Shown: piece by piece, positions 1-8,282 of the stretch
How the letters are laid out: every line of letters begins with the position of its first letter
Position numbering within the stretch: position 1 is the stretch's first letter
Assembly (NCBI GenBank): GCA_018829965.1
Contig: JAHJTG010000005.1
Span: 49,558 to 113,557, forward strand
Direction of reading: 5' to 3'
DNA length: 64,000 nucleotides
Source: Patescibacteria group bacterium
GTDB taxonomy: Bacteria; Patescibacteriota; Minisyncoccia; Minisyncoccales; Staskawiczbacteraceae
Notes under the pieces: generated by a model
The model's input: only the letters and a program-made list of their open reading frames with translations
What the model was told of the DNA's origin: nothing
Databases searched by the model: none
Translations under genes and position numbers: made by a program

Positions 1-154
1 TTTTAATCGAAGACATTCCGGCAATATTTCTATACAACTCCGGATATACTTATTTAATTTCCAATAAAATTAAAGGGACAGACACAAAAAGAATAGTTGA
101 CCCATCAAAAAGATTCTCTAACATTGAAGATTGGCACATTAAAACAAAAAGAGC

Positions 155-742
155 ATGGAAATAGATTTAAAAAACTTAAAACCAGACGTTCGCCATTTAA
201 GAGACATGAAAAAGGTTTTATATGATAAAGAATGGCTGAAAACAGCTCAGAATTTAGAATTATATTATATGTATAGGGGATTGAAAAAAGAAAAAGGGTT
301 AAGATATGATATTACTGTTATCCCTTCTAAAATGTTGGGGGAAGAATTTGTAAAGACAAAAGGCAACCGCAACTCAGATAATTATTTAGAAATTTATACT
401 ATCCTTGAGGGAAAGGCAATATTCTTACTCCAAAAAATGGAGAATGAGAAAGTTAAAGATGTTTTCGCCATAAAAGCGAAAAAAGGAGAGTCTGTAATGA
501 ATCCGGCAGAATACTATATTGTTTCAATAAATCCATTTAAAAAACTTTTAAAATTAGGGAATTGGGTCCCAGAAAGAAATAAAAATATTTATCAAGATTT
601 AGAAAATAAACAAGGCGCTTGTTATTACTATACTAAAAACGGCTGGATCAAAAACAAGAACTATAAAAACATCCCTAAACTACGTTTTGAAAAGTCTCTA
701 AAATCTTTGCCAAAAAACTTAAACCTTCTCAAAGGTTGCTAA
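155..742 (+). CDS. cupin-fold protein resembling archaeal-type glucose-6-phosphate isomerase; the metal-binding His positions appear substituted
   Basis: 195-aa ORF. Segments RHLRDMKKV and TKGNRNSDNYLEIY align to the cupin PGI core, which I recall as TKGHFH...E; only the Glu appears retained. The recollection of the reference sequence is from memory. Confidence 0.35.
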   Translation: MEIDLKNLKPDVRHLRDMKKVLYDKEWLKTAQNLELYYMYRGLKKEKGLRYDITVIPSKMLGEEFVKTKGNRNSDNYLEIYTILEGKAIFLLQKMENEKVKDVFAIKAKKGESVMNPAEYYIVSINPFKKLLKLGNWVPERNKNIYQDLENKQGACYYYTKNGWIKNKNYKNIPKLRFEKSLKSLPKNLNLLKGC

Positions 743-746
743 AACT

Positions 747-831
747 TGCCGCGGTGGCGGAATTGGAATACGCGCAGGGCTCAGAACTCTGTCCTCGCAA
801 GAGGTTGTGGGTTCAAATCCCACCCGCGGCA
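747..831 (+). tRNA. tRNA-Leu(CAG), type II with a long variable arm
   Basis: Acceptor GCCGCGG pairs with CCGCGGC. Anticodon stem CAGGG/CTCTG with loop CTCAGAA. Variable arm CCTCgcaaGAGG. T arm GTGGG-TTCAAAT-CCCAC. Discriminator A; CCA is not encoded. Confidence 0.85.
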
Positions 832-1066
832 CAACAATAAATAAATCCTAAATCCGAAATCCTAAATCCTAAATAAATCCAAATATAAAATGTTAAAAAT
901 CCAAAACGTTTTAATTGTTTGAATTTAGAGTTTTGAAATTATTTAGAGTTTAGATATAGAGACTATAAATAATCTATATAATTGGTTCGCTCGCTCGGAA
1001 TAAACAAGCAAGCTTCTTTATTCCTTGCTCGTTGCCAATTATTAGAATTTAGAGTTTAAAAATATT

Positions 1067-2803
1067 ATGCAAAAAACAAGAAATACACTACCAATTAACG
1101 AGCCCGTCCGCAACGCTTCGCGTAGCGATGCGGGCGGACAAAATCTGCGCATCATCCCTCTAGGTGGTTGCGAAGAAGTCGGCAGAAATATGACTGTTTT
1201 TGAATATGGAAACGATATCGTAATATTAGACATGGGCATTCAGTTTCCGGAAGAAGATATGCCGGGCGTTGATTATGTAATCCCCAATACCGAATATTTA
1301 AAAGGGAAAGAAAAAAACATACGAGCAGTTATCTTTTCTCACGGACATTTAGATCATATTGGAGCCGCCCATATACTTTTAGGGAAATTAGGAAACCCTT
1401 TAATTATCGGCCGTCCTCTTACTATAGAAATGATAAAACGACGCCAAGAAGAGGTTAAAAGAGGAAGTTCAAAAAAATTAAAAATCGCTTATGTAAAAGA
1501 TATTAACGATAAAATGAATCTCGGAGCTTTTACGCTAAGTTTTTTCCCGATAGACCACGCTATTATGGATGCAATGGGCACAATATTAAAAACTCCGATA
1601 ACAACGATAGTTCATCCGGGCGATTGGACCATTGAACGTAAACCAATTGGAAGAAAAGAGATAAGATATGATTATTTATCTAAATTACAAAGACCAACAA
1701 TTTTAATGTTGGAAAGTTTGGGCGCAGTTAAAAAAGACCTTCCCATAACTGAAGAAGAAATGTTAAAAAATTTACATGGATTAATTAGTAACGCAAAAGG
1801 TAGAATTATCATTGCCACATTTTCCTCTCAATTACAAAGAATAAAACAAATTCTTGAATATGCCTCCAAAATAAACAAGAAAGTTGCCTTTGATGGTTAT
1901 TCAATGAAATTAAACGTAGAAATAGCAAAGGAACTTGGCTATATTAAAATGACAAAAGAGATGATAATTCCGATTGATAAAATAAACAACTATCCGGAAA
2001 ATAAGATAATCGTAGTGTGTACCGGAGGACAAGGAGAAGAAATGTCTGTTCTGCCAAGAATCGCTACCGGCAATCATAGATTTATTAAAGTTAAAAAAAG
2101 CGATACTATTATTTTCTCATCTTCAATAATTCCCGGGAATGAAAGAGCTATCCAACGACTGAAAGATAACCTCTATCGCCTTTCCGATAACGTTGTCCAC
2201 GGCGAAATAATGGATGTTCATATATCAGGACATAGCAATATGCATGATATTGAAAATATAATTAAACAAATTAAACCGAATTATTTTATACCTGTTTACG
2301 CAAACCACTTTATGCTGAAAGAAGCCGCTAAAATAGCTTATAACATCGGCTTCCCTAGAGATAAAGTATTTGTTCCTGACAATGGCTCAATTATAGAAGC
2401 TACAAGAAATGGTATAAAAATACTTAAAGAAAAAGTCCCGACTAATTATATTTACGTTGATGGCCTGGGGGTTGGAGATGTCGGAGAAATTGTATTAAGA
2501 GACCGCCAAATGTTGGCAAACGATGGAATGTTTGTTATTGTAGCAATAGTAGACAGGCAAACAGGGAGAATTAAAGGCTCTCCGGATATTATTTCCAGAG
2601 GATTTGTTTATTTAAGAGAATCGAAAGATTTGCTCGCCCAGACAAGAAGAAAAGTTATTGATATTGTTGACAAGGCAGCTGGATCTGGAGGAGCGATTAA
2701 TTGGGTCTATATTAAAGATGAAATTAGAAATAAAATTGGTGACTTTTTACACTCAAAAACCGAAAGAAGACCGATGGTTCTTCCGGTGGTAATTGAGGTA
2801 TAA
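1067..2803 (+). CDS. rnj: ribonuclease J (metallo-beta-lactamase / beta-CASP)
   Basis: 578 aa with the HGHLDHIG motif and the expected length and domain order. The first ~30 aa are GC-rich, so the true start may lie downstream near LRIIPLGG. Confidence 0.9.
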   Translation: MQKTRNTLPINEPVRNASRSDAGGQNLRIIPLGGCEEVGRNMTVFEYGNDIVILDMGIQFPEEDMPGVDYVIPNTEYLKGKEKNIRAVIFSHGHLDHIGAAHILLGKLGNPLIIGRPLTIEMIKRRQEEVKRGSSKKLKIAYVKDINDKMNLGAFTLSFFPIDHAIMDAMGTILKTPITTIVHPGDWTIERKPIGRKEIRYDYLSKLQRPTILMLESLGAVKKDLPITEEEMLKNLHGLISNAKGRIIIATFSSQLQRIKQILEYASKINKKVAFDGYSMKLNVEIAKELGYIKMTKEMIIPIDKINNYPENKIIVVCTGGQGEEMSVLPRIATGNHRFIKVKKSDTIIFSSSIIPGNERAIQRLKDNLYRLSDNVVHGEIMDVHISGHSNMHDIENIIKQIKPNYFIPVYANHFMLKEAAKIAYNIGFPRDKVFVPDNGSIIEATRNGIKILKEKVPTNYIYVDGLGVGDVGEIVLRDRQMLANDGMFVIVAIVDRQTGRIKGSPDIISRGFVYLRESKDLLAQTRRKVIDIVDKAAGSGGAINWVYIKDEIRNKIGDFLHSKTERRPMVLPVVIEV

Positions 2804-3785
2804 AACTATGAGAATTTTAAGTGGCATCCAGCCAACAGGCGACATTCATATTGGAAATTATTTAGGAGCATTACGCCAATGGATATCTTTACAAGATAAG
2901 AACGAGTGTATTTTTTTTGTAGCCGATTTACATTCTTTAACTGTCCCCTACGACCCAAAAACCCTCCAAAAATCAATAATAGAAAAGATTATTTCTTATG
3001 TTGCCGCTGGCTTAGACCCGGAAAAAAGCGCTATCTTTGTACAATCGCAAATTAAAGAACATACAGAGCTCTGCTGGTTATTAAATACTGTTTGTCCGGT
3101 TGGCGAGCTTGAAAGAATGACTCAATACAAAGAAAAAGCGAAAAAGTTCAAAAACAATATTAATGCAGGACTTTTAGACTACCCCGTCCTAATGGCAGCC
3201 GACATATTGCTTTATAAGGCAGATGCAGTGCCGGTTGGTAAGGACCAAACCCAACACGTAGAATTAGCAAGAACTTTAGCCAGAAAATTTAATCAAAAGT
3301 TCGGAAAAACTTTTATAGAACCGGCGGACGTCCTTCCTAAAATGGGGGCTAAAATAATGAGTTTAATTGACCCTAAGAAAAAAATGTCAAAGACAGACGC
3401 TCCGCAAAGCTACATTTCTCTGTTTGAAGAACCAGAATCAATTCAAAAAAAAATAATGTCTGCGACAACTGATTCTGGCAAGAATATAAAATATGACCTT
3501 GTTAAAAAAGCAGGGATTACTAATCTTTTAACTATTTATAGTTTATTGGAAAACAAACCAATCAAAGAAATAGAGAAAAAATTTAAAAACAAAGGCTATT
3601 CCGAATTCAAAAAATCGTTGATAAAAGTCGTTATAGATTTCTTGAAGCCTTTCCGAAAAAAACAAAAGGAGCTCGCTACAAGAGAGGTTTACATAAAAGA
3701 AATTCTTAGCCGAGGAAAAAATAAAGCCCAAAGCATTGCCCAGACAACAATACAGGAGGTGAAAGAAAAAATGGGACTCATTTAA
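2793..3785 (+). CDS. trpS: tryptophanyl-tRNA synthetase
   Basis: 330 aa with GIQPTGDIHIGNYLGA (HIGH-type) and KMSKT (KMSKS-type) motifs. Confidence 0.9.
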   Translation: MRYKTMRILSGIQPTGDIHIGNYLGALRQWISLQDKNECIFFVADLHSLTVPYDPKTLQKSIIEKIISYVAAGLDPEKSAIFVQSQIKEHTELCWLLNTVCPVGELERMTQYKEKAKKFKNNINAGLLDYPVLMAADILLYKADAVPVGKDQTQHVELARTLARKFNQKFGKTFIEPADVLPKMGAKIMSLIDPKKKMSKTDAPQSYISLFEEPESIQKKIMSATTDSGKNIKYDLVKKAGITNLLTIYSLLENKPIKEIEKKFKNKGYSEFKKSLIKVVIDFLKPFRKKQKELATREVYIKEILSRGKNKAQSIAQTTIQEVKEKMGLI

Positions 3786-3804
3786 TTGTTATAAAGTATC
3801 AAAA

Positions 3805-3826
3805 AACAGCTCAACGGCTGTTTTTT
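3805..3826. terminator. bidirectional rho-independent terminator between convergent trpS and pgm
   Basis: Hairpin AACAGC-tcaacg-GCTGTT with an A-run on one side and a T-run on the other. Confidence 0.5.
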
Positions 3827-3925
3827 GATAAATTACGAATAATTAATTATTTAAAATGAATTCATTTAATTCCTCTTCCTTTTCTTCGAGCAAATCTTTT
3901 GTCCCGATAAATTTAAAAAATAAAT

Positions 3926-5272
3926 TTATCGAGGATCCTCGAGAGATAAAAAATCTTTTATCTCTCGGGATTTTTGCTTTAATAAATCTTGCGTGTCGGC
4001 TTCAATGGTTAAACGTAATAACAGTTCTGTGTTTGAGGGGCGGATATTAAACCACCAATCTTTATATTCCACTGTTACGCCATCTAAATAATCCTGCTTG
4101 CCATCAGAATATTTTTCTTTGATTTTGCTTATTGTTTCTTCTTTGTTCTCAATTTTAAAATTAATCTCAGAGTCTGTTGCATAGGGAGATAATTCTTTAG
4201 TAATGTCAGAAACTTTTTTGCTTGATTCTGAAATTATTTGCAATAGAATCAAAAAGGAAATAAAGCCGGAATCCGCGTAAAAATTATCTTTAAAGCAATA
4301 ATGCCCCGATATCTCTCCCCCCATTATTCCATTATTCTCTAATAAACCCTTTTGGACATTTAAAAACCCGGCTGGTGTCCTGATAGGATTACCTCCCCAT
4401 TTTTTTATAAATTCGGGGACTGCTTTTGAGCAAATTAAATTATAAGCAATTCCTTTGCCGAGATTCTTTTCCAAAAAGTATTTAGCCAAAAGCAAAAGAG
4501 TGGTGTCTCCTTTTTTAAAATCACCTTTTTCGTCTATCAAAAAAATCCTATCAGCGTCGCCATCAAAAATAAAACCAAAGTCAGCTTTCTCTTCTTTCAC
4601 CTCTTTACTTATTTGCTCGGCTGATCCTTCAAATAAAGGGTTTGAGGGATGGGCTGGAAAATTGCCATCTAAATCAAAATTTAGAGAGATAATTTTAATC
4701 GGAAGTTTCTGAGAGATTTTAGGAATAACCTTTCCCGCCATACCATTGCCGGCATCAATTACCACTTTAAATGGTTTTATTTTATTAATATCAACAAAAG
4801 AAAAAAGATGCTCTATATAATCTTGCCAAATATCTAATTTTTTTGTTTCTCCAAATTTTTTAGCTTTTATACCCGTTTCTTTGCCGATTGCTCCAATCAT
4901 TTCTTTGCCACTGACAAATTGAATTCTTTTTCCTTCCTTTTTAACCAACTTAAAGCCATTGTATTCTTTAGGATTATGACTGGCAGTAATCATAATTCCT
5001 GCATCATAATTATAATTGCCTACGGTAAAATATATCATTTCTGTTGATACCTCTCCTAAATCATAAATATCACAACCTGTTTCTATAATTCCGCGGCTTA
5101 AAGAATCAAAAATAGTCGGAGAAGAAAGCCGCATATCGCGACCAACTACTATTTTTTTAGCACCCGTATATTTAACGAAAGCCTGACCGATTAAATAAGC
5201 GGCTTCTTCATTTAACTCCGCAGGATATATCCCGCGGATATCATAAGACCTAAAAATATTAGATGGAATCAT
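3926..5272 (-). CDS. phosphomannomutase/phosphoglucomutase (phosphohexomutase family)
   Basis: 448 aa with the TASHNP phosphoserine loop, GFIFDGDADR metal loop and an N-terminal FRSYDIRGI. Confidence 0.85.
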   Translation of the reverse strand: MIPSNIFRSYDIRGIYPAELNEEAAYLIGQAFVKYTGAKKIVVGRDMRLSSPTIFDSLSRGIIETGCDIYDLGEVSTEMIYFTVGNYNYDAGIMITASHNPKEYNGFKLVKKEGKRIQFVSGKEMIGAIGKETGIKAKKFGETKKLDIWQDYIEHLFSFVDINKIKPFKVVIDAGNGMAGKVIPKISQKLPIKIISLNFDLDGNFPAHPSNPLFEGSAEQISKEVKEEKADFGFIFDGDADRIFLIDEKGDFKKGDTTLLLLAKYFLEKNLGKGIAYNLICSKAVPEFIKKWGGNPIRTPAGFLNVQKGLLENNGIMGGEISGHYCFKDNFYADSGFISFLILLQIISESSKKVSDITKELSPYATDSEINFKIENKEETISKIKEKYSDGKQDYLDGVTVEYKDWWFNIRPSNTELLLRLTIEADTQDLLKQKSREIKDFLSLEDPR

Positions 5273-5290
5273 AGAATTATTATATTACAA

Positions 5291-5422
5291 GTGAGGAGAA
5301 AGTAAATAAGCCAAATGAGGAGAAATAAAAATTTATTTTTATTTCGGAGAATGTAGGCTTATTTACTTTTGACGAACGCAGGAATATATGTATGACTAAA
5401 GTCATACATATATCATTCCTCC
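5291..5422. promoter_or_regulatory. conserved upstream element, copy 1, in the divergent pgm/rpsF promoter region
   Basis: GTGAGGAGAAAGTAAATAAG, hairpin AAGTAAATAAGCC/GGCTTATTTACTT, TTGACGAACG, then an ~18-bp palindrome GGAATATATGTATGACT/AGTCATACATATAT. A second copy lies at 26068-26156. Confidence 0.35.
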
Positions 5423-5511
5423 ATCAATTCCGCTATATTTCTGCGATTAAAGCCTTGATTTTTTAAATACCGCCTGATACAATGATTCTACATCTAAAAA
5501 TATAGGAACAC

Positions 5512-5955
5512 ATGAAAAATTACGAACTAAGCTACCTTATTTCTCCGGAATTAAACACTGAAGAATCAGAAAAATTAGCTTCGGAAATAATCGCTTTTAT
5601 CCAAACCTCATCGGGGTTAATAATAAAATCAGGAAATCCTATTCCTAAAACTCTTGGCTACCGGATAAAAAAACAGACATCTGCCTTATGGGTTAATCTG
5701 GAATTTTCTTTAGAGCCAGAAAAATTAAACGCTATTGAAGAAAAAATCAAAAAAGAATCTAAAATTCTCCGTCATATAATCGTTGTTAAAAATCCGCCAA
5801 GAAGAGAAAAAGAGAAAAGAGGAAGAAAGACAGAGCCTGTCCTTACTGAAGCTTCTGCAGAAAATAATGATGCGACAAAAGAAAAAATAAAATCAGAAAA
5901 AAAGGTCGAGTTAAAAGATATTGACGAAAAATTAGAAGAAATACTTAAAGAATAA
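5512..5955 (+). CDS. rpsF: 30S ribosomal protein S6 with a charged C-terminal extension
   Basis: N-terminus MKNYELSYLISPEL is typical of S6, and the S6-SSB-S18 gene order is conserved. Confidence 0.85.
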   Translation: MKNYELSYLISPELNTEESEKLASEIIAFIQTSSGLIIKSGNPIPKTLGYRIKKQTSALWVNLEFSLEPEKLNAIEEKIKKESKILRHIIVVKNPPRREKEKRGRKTEPVLTEASAENNDATKEKIKSEKKVELKDIDEKLEEILKE

Positions 5956-6050
5956 CCTGATACCAATATACTAATGGGATACCAATGATACTAATAATTT
6001 TTTCGCAATTCGTATAATTGGTATGTGATTCGTATATTAGTATCGCATTT

Positions 6051-6551
6051 GTGAATCTAAATAAAGCTTTTATTTTAGGAAATGTAACCCGCACCCCAGA
6101 GGCAAAAGCTTTGCCAAGCGGATTATCAGTAGTAAATTTTGGTGTAGCTACAAATAGATTTTATACAGATAAAACTGGCACAAAAAAACAGGATGCCGAG
6201 TTTCATAATGTTGTTGCTTTCGGGAAATTAGCCGACATCTGCTCTAGTTATTTAAATAAAGGTTCTCTGGTACTAATTGAAGGAAGAATCCAAACAAGGA
6301 ATTGGCTTAATTCTTCTGGTGTTAAGCAATATAGAACAGAAATTGTTGCTAGCAATATACAGCTAGCTCCGAAATCAATGTCAGGCCCTACTTCTGGGTC
6401 AATGCCAGCATCAGGTATCGGAGAAAAAAACGAGGAAATTCCAATTATTGAAGAAAATTATATACCGCCGTCTGTAGATAATTTAAATCAGCCACAATCA
6501 GCGGAATTACCAGATGAGCAGGAAATAGATGTTAAGGATATCCCGTTCTAA
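6051..6551 (+). CDS. ssb: single-stranded DNA-binding protein
   Basis: OB-fold N-terminus (NKAFILGNVTRTPE) and the acidic C-terminal tail ending DIPF. The tracked ORF begins at a TTG at 6018; a GTG at 6051 is the more likely start. Confidence 0.85.
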   Translation: MNLNKAFILGNVTRTPEAKALPSGLSVVNFGVATNRFYTDKTGTKKQDAEFHNVVAFGKLADICSSYLNKGSLVLIEGRIQTRNWLNSSGVKQYRTEIVASNIQLAPKSMSGPTSGSMPASGIGEKNEEIPIIEENYIPPSVDNLNQPQSAELPDEQEIDVKDIPF

Positions 6552-6669
6552 AATACTAAATCCGAAATTCTAAATCCTAAACAAACCCCAAATTCTAAAT
6601 CACAAAATCAAAACGTGTTTAGAATTTAGATATTAGAATTTAGAATTTCTTTTATTAAATAAAAGTGTT

Positions 6670-6867
6670 ATGACTTGTTATTTTTGCCAAAAAAATATTG
6701 AAGATATTGATTTTAAGAACACGGAAGTGCTCTCTAAATTTGTTTCTGGTTCTTACAAAATAAAGGGTAGAAAGAAATCCGGTCTTTGCGCTCGCCATCA
6801 AAGAGGAATAGCTAAAGCCATTAAAAGAGCAAGACAATTGGGAATAATGCCATATACGCCGAGATAA
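6670..6867 (+). CDS. rpsR: 30S ribosomal protein S18
   Basis: 65 aa with RKKSGLCARHQRGIAKAIKRARQLGIMPY. Confidence 0.9.
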   Translation: MTCYFCQKNIEDIDFKNTEVLSKFVSGSYKIKGRKKSGLCARHQRGIAKAIKRARQLGIMPYTPR

Positions 6868-6886
6868 TTATTTGACGTTAAATTCA

Positions 6887-6913
6887 AAACAGCCCTACTC
6901 GGGCTGTTTTTTG
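6887..6913. terminator. bidirectional terminator between convergent rpsR and recA
   Basis: AACAGCCC-tact-CGGGCTGTT followed by TTTTT, with an A-run on the 5' side. Confidence 0.6.
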
Positions 6914-6929
6914 GTTATTTTAAATAGAA

Positions 6930-7937
6930 TTATTCTCTCTCTGGTTTTAGCACTTCTTTTTTAATTTCTTTCATTAATTCTTTATCTCCTCTTAAGGAAT
7001 TTTTGGCTGTCTCTAAGCCAACGCCGAGTTTTTTAGCACCGAACATAAAAGTATTGCCTGTTTGCTTGATAACACCTTTTGCCAAACCTGCCCGAAGAAC
7101 ATCTGCTGACACAGATATGCCCTCGTTATAATAAATATCAAACTCGGCAATTCTAAAAGGAGCGGCTACTTTATTTTTCACCACTTTTGCCCGAACTCTA
7201 TTACCAATAATCTCATCTCCACTTTTTATCTGGGCAGTTCTTGTTAAATTAATTCTGACTGAAGCATAAAACTTCAAAGCCAATCCGCCGGACGTAGTTT
7301 CCGGATTGCCGAAAAACATCCCTATTTTCATTCTTGTCTGATTTATAAATATAACTATGGTTTTTGTCTTTGCAACAATGCTTGCCAATTTTCTACAACA
7401 CTGGCTCATCAAACGCGCCTGCAAACCGATGTGCTGGTCGCCTATTTCTCCTTCTATTTCAACTTTTGGCGTTAGAGCCGCCACAGAGTCAATAACAATC
7501 ACGTCAATTTTTTCTGAACGGACAAGTGCCTCAACTATCTGTAATGCCTGTTCGCCGGAGTCTGGTTGAGAAATTAATAAATCATCCACGTTAACACCAA
7601 TCTTTCTTGCGTAATCCGGATCCATAGCATGTTCGGCATCAATAAATGCACACACGCCACCCTTCTTTTGAGCTTCGGCGACAATATGCAAAGACAGAGT
7701 TGTTTTACCGGAGCTCTCTGCTCCAAAAATTTCAATTACTCTACCACGAGGGACACCTCCAACGCCTAAAGCTAAATCCATTGCCATAGACCCTGTCGGA
7801 ATAACATCAACATCAACTGATTTTACTTCGTTCAGTTTCATAATCGCGCCTTCTCCAAAGCGCTCTTTAATTTCATCTAATGCTTCCCGCAAACCTCTTG
7901 AGTCTGACTTTTTTTCTTCTATTATTTTTTTTGCCAT
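6930..7937 (-). CDS. recA: recombinase RecA
   Basis: 335 aa with Walker [10 protein letters not shown] and full-length RecA-like sequence. Confidence 0.95.
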   Translation of the reverse strand: MAKKIIEEKKSDSRGLREALDEIKERFGEGAIMKLNEVKSVDVDVIPTGSMAMDLALGVGGVPRGRVIEIFGAESSGKTTLSLHIVAEAQKKGGVCAFIDAEHAMDPDYARKIGVNVDDLLISQPDSGEQALQIVEALVRSEKIDVIVIDSVAALTPKVEIEGEIGDQHIGLQARLMSQCCRKLASIVAKTKTIVIFINQTRMKIGMFFGNPETTSGGLALKFYASVRINLTRTAQIKSGDEIIGNRVRAKVVKNKVAAPFRIAEFDIYYNEGISVSADVLRAGLAKGVIKQTGNTFMFGAKKLGVGLETAKNSLRGDKELMKEIKKEVLKPERE

Positions 7938-7956
7938 GTTTTTAATAGATTTTAAC

Positions 7957-7990
7957 CCCAGTAGAAGTCGCCTGAGGCGACTCTACGGGG
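7957..7990. repeat. hairpin member of the CCCC(A/G)(G/T)TAGAAGTC palindromic repeat family
   Basis: CCCCAGTAGAAGTCGCC-tga-GGCGACTCTACGGGG, about 20 nt upstream of the recA ATG. Confidence 0.5.
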
Positions 7991-8039
7991 CTACGGCCCT
8001 TTGGCCTTGTTTTTAATAATTTTTAATTATCTAATTTTT

Positions 8040-8282
8040 AACTGCGGTGGTGGCAACACCGGGTGTTGCCGCAACACCCGGTGTTGCGAAGCCTAAAGTG
8101 CCTCTCGCAGGCGATTTTACATAGTTTCCGCCCGCAGGCGGAAAAAATCGCCGAGAGTGGAGATGACCAAACCTCGTCCCGATTTCTGAAAGAATTCGAG
8201 GATGCTCGATTGCCGCTCAATCGGCACAGGGGTTTAGATTATCGCCACTTTTATGGCTACTACCGAGCGTTAATATCGAGTA
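8040..8282. ncRNA. GC-rich, highly structured intergenic region between ftsK and recA; candidate ncRNA of unknown class
   Basis: Tandem near-identical palindromes GGCAACACCgGGTGTTGCC and GCAACACCcGGTGTTGC, a long stem CTCTCGcaGGCGATTTT...CCGCC-cgca-GGCGG...AAAATCGCCGAGAG, and hairpins CCTCG...CGAGG and CGATTG...CAATCG. GC content is well above the local background and there is no ORF. Confidence 0.3.

Noticed and set aside
3856-4050. 64-aa plus-strand ORF (Ser-rich)
   Set aside because: Antisense to the 3' end of the phosphomannomutase gene.
7940-8282. tmRNA, RNase P RNA or SRP RNA identity for the structured ftsK-recA spacer
   Set aside because: Could not find the tRNA-like T-arm/ACCA end, the P4 GGAAAGUCCGG motif, or the SRP domain IV motif by eye. 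Kept only as an unclassified ncRNA candidate.
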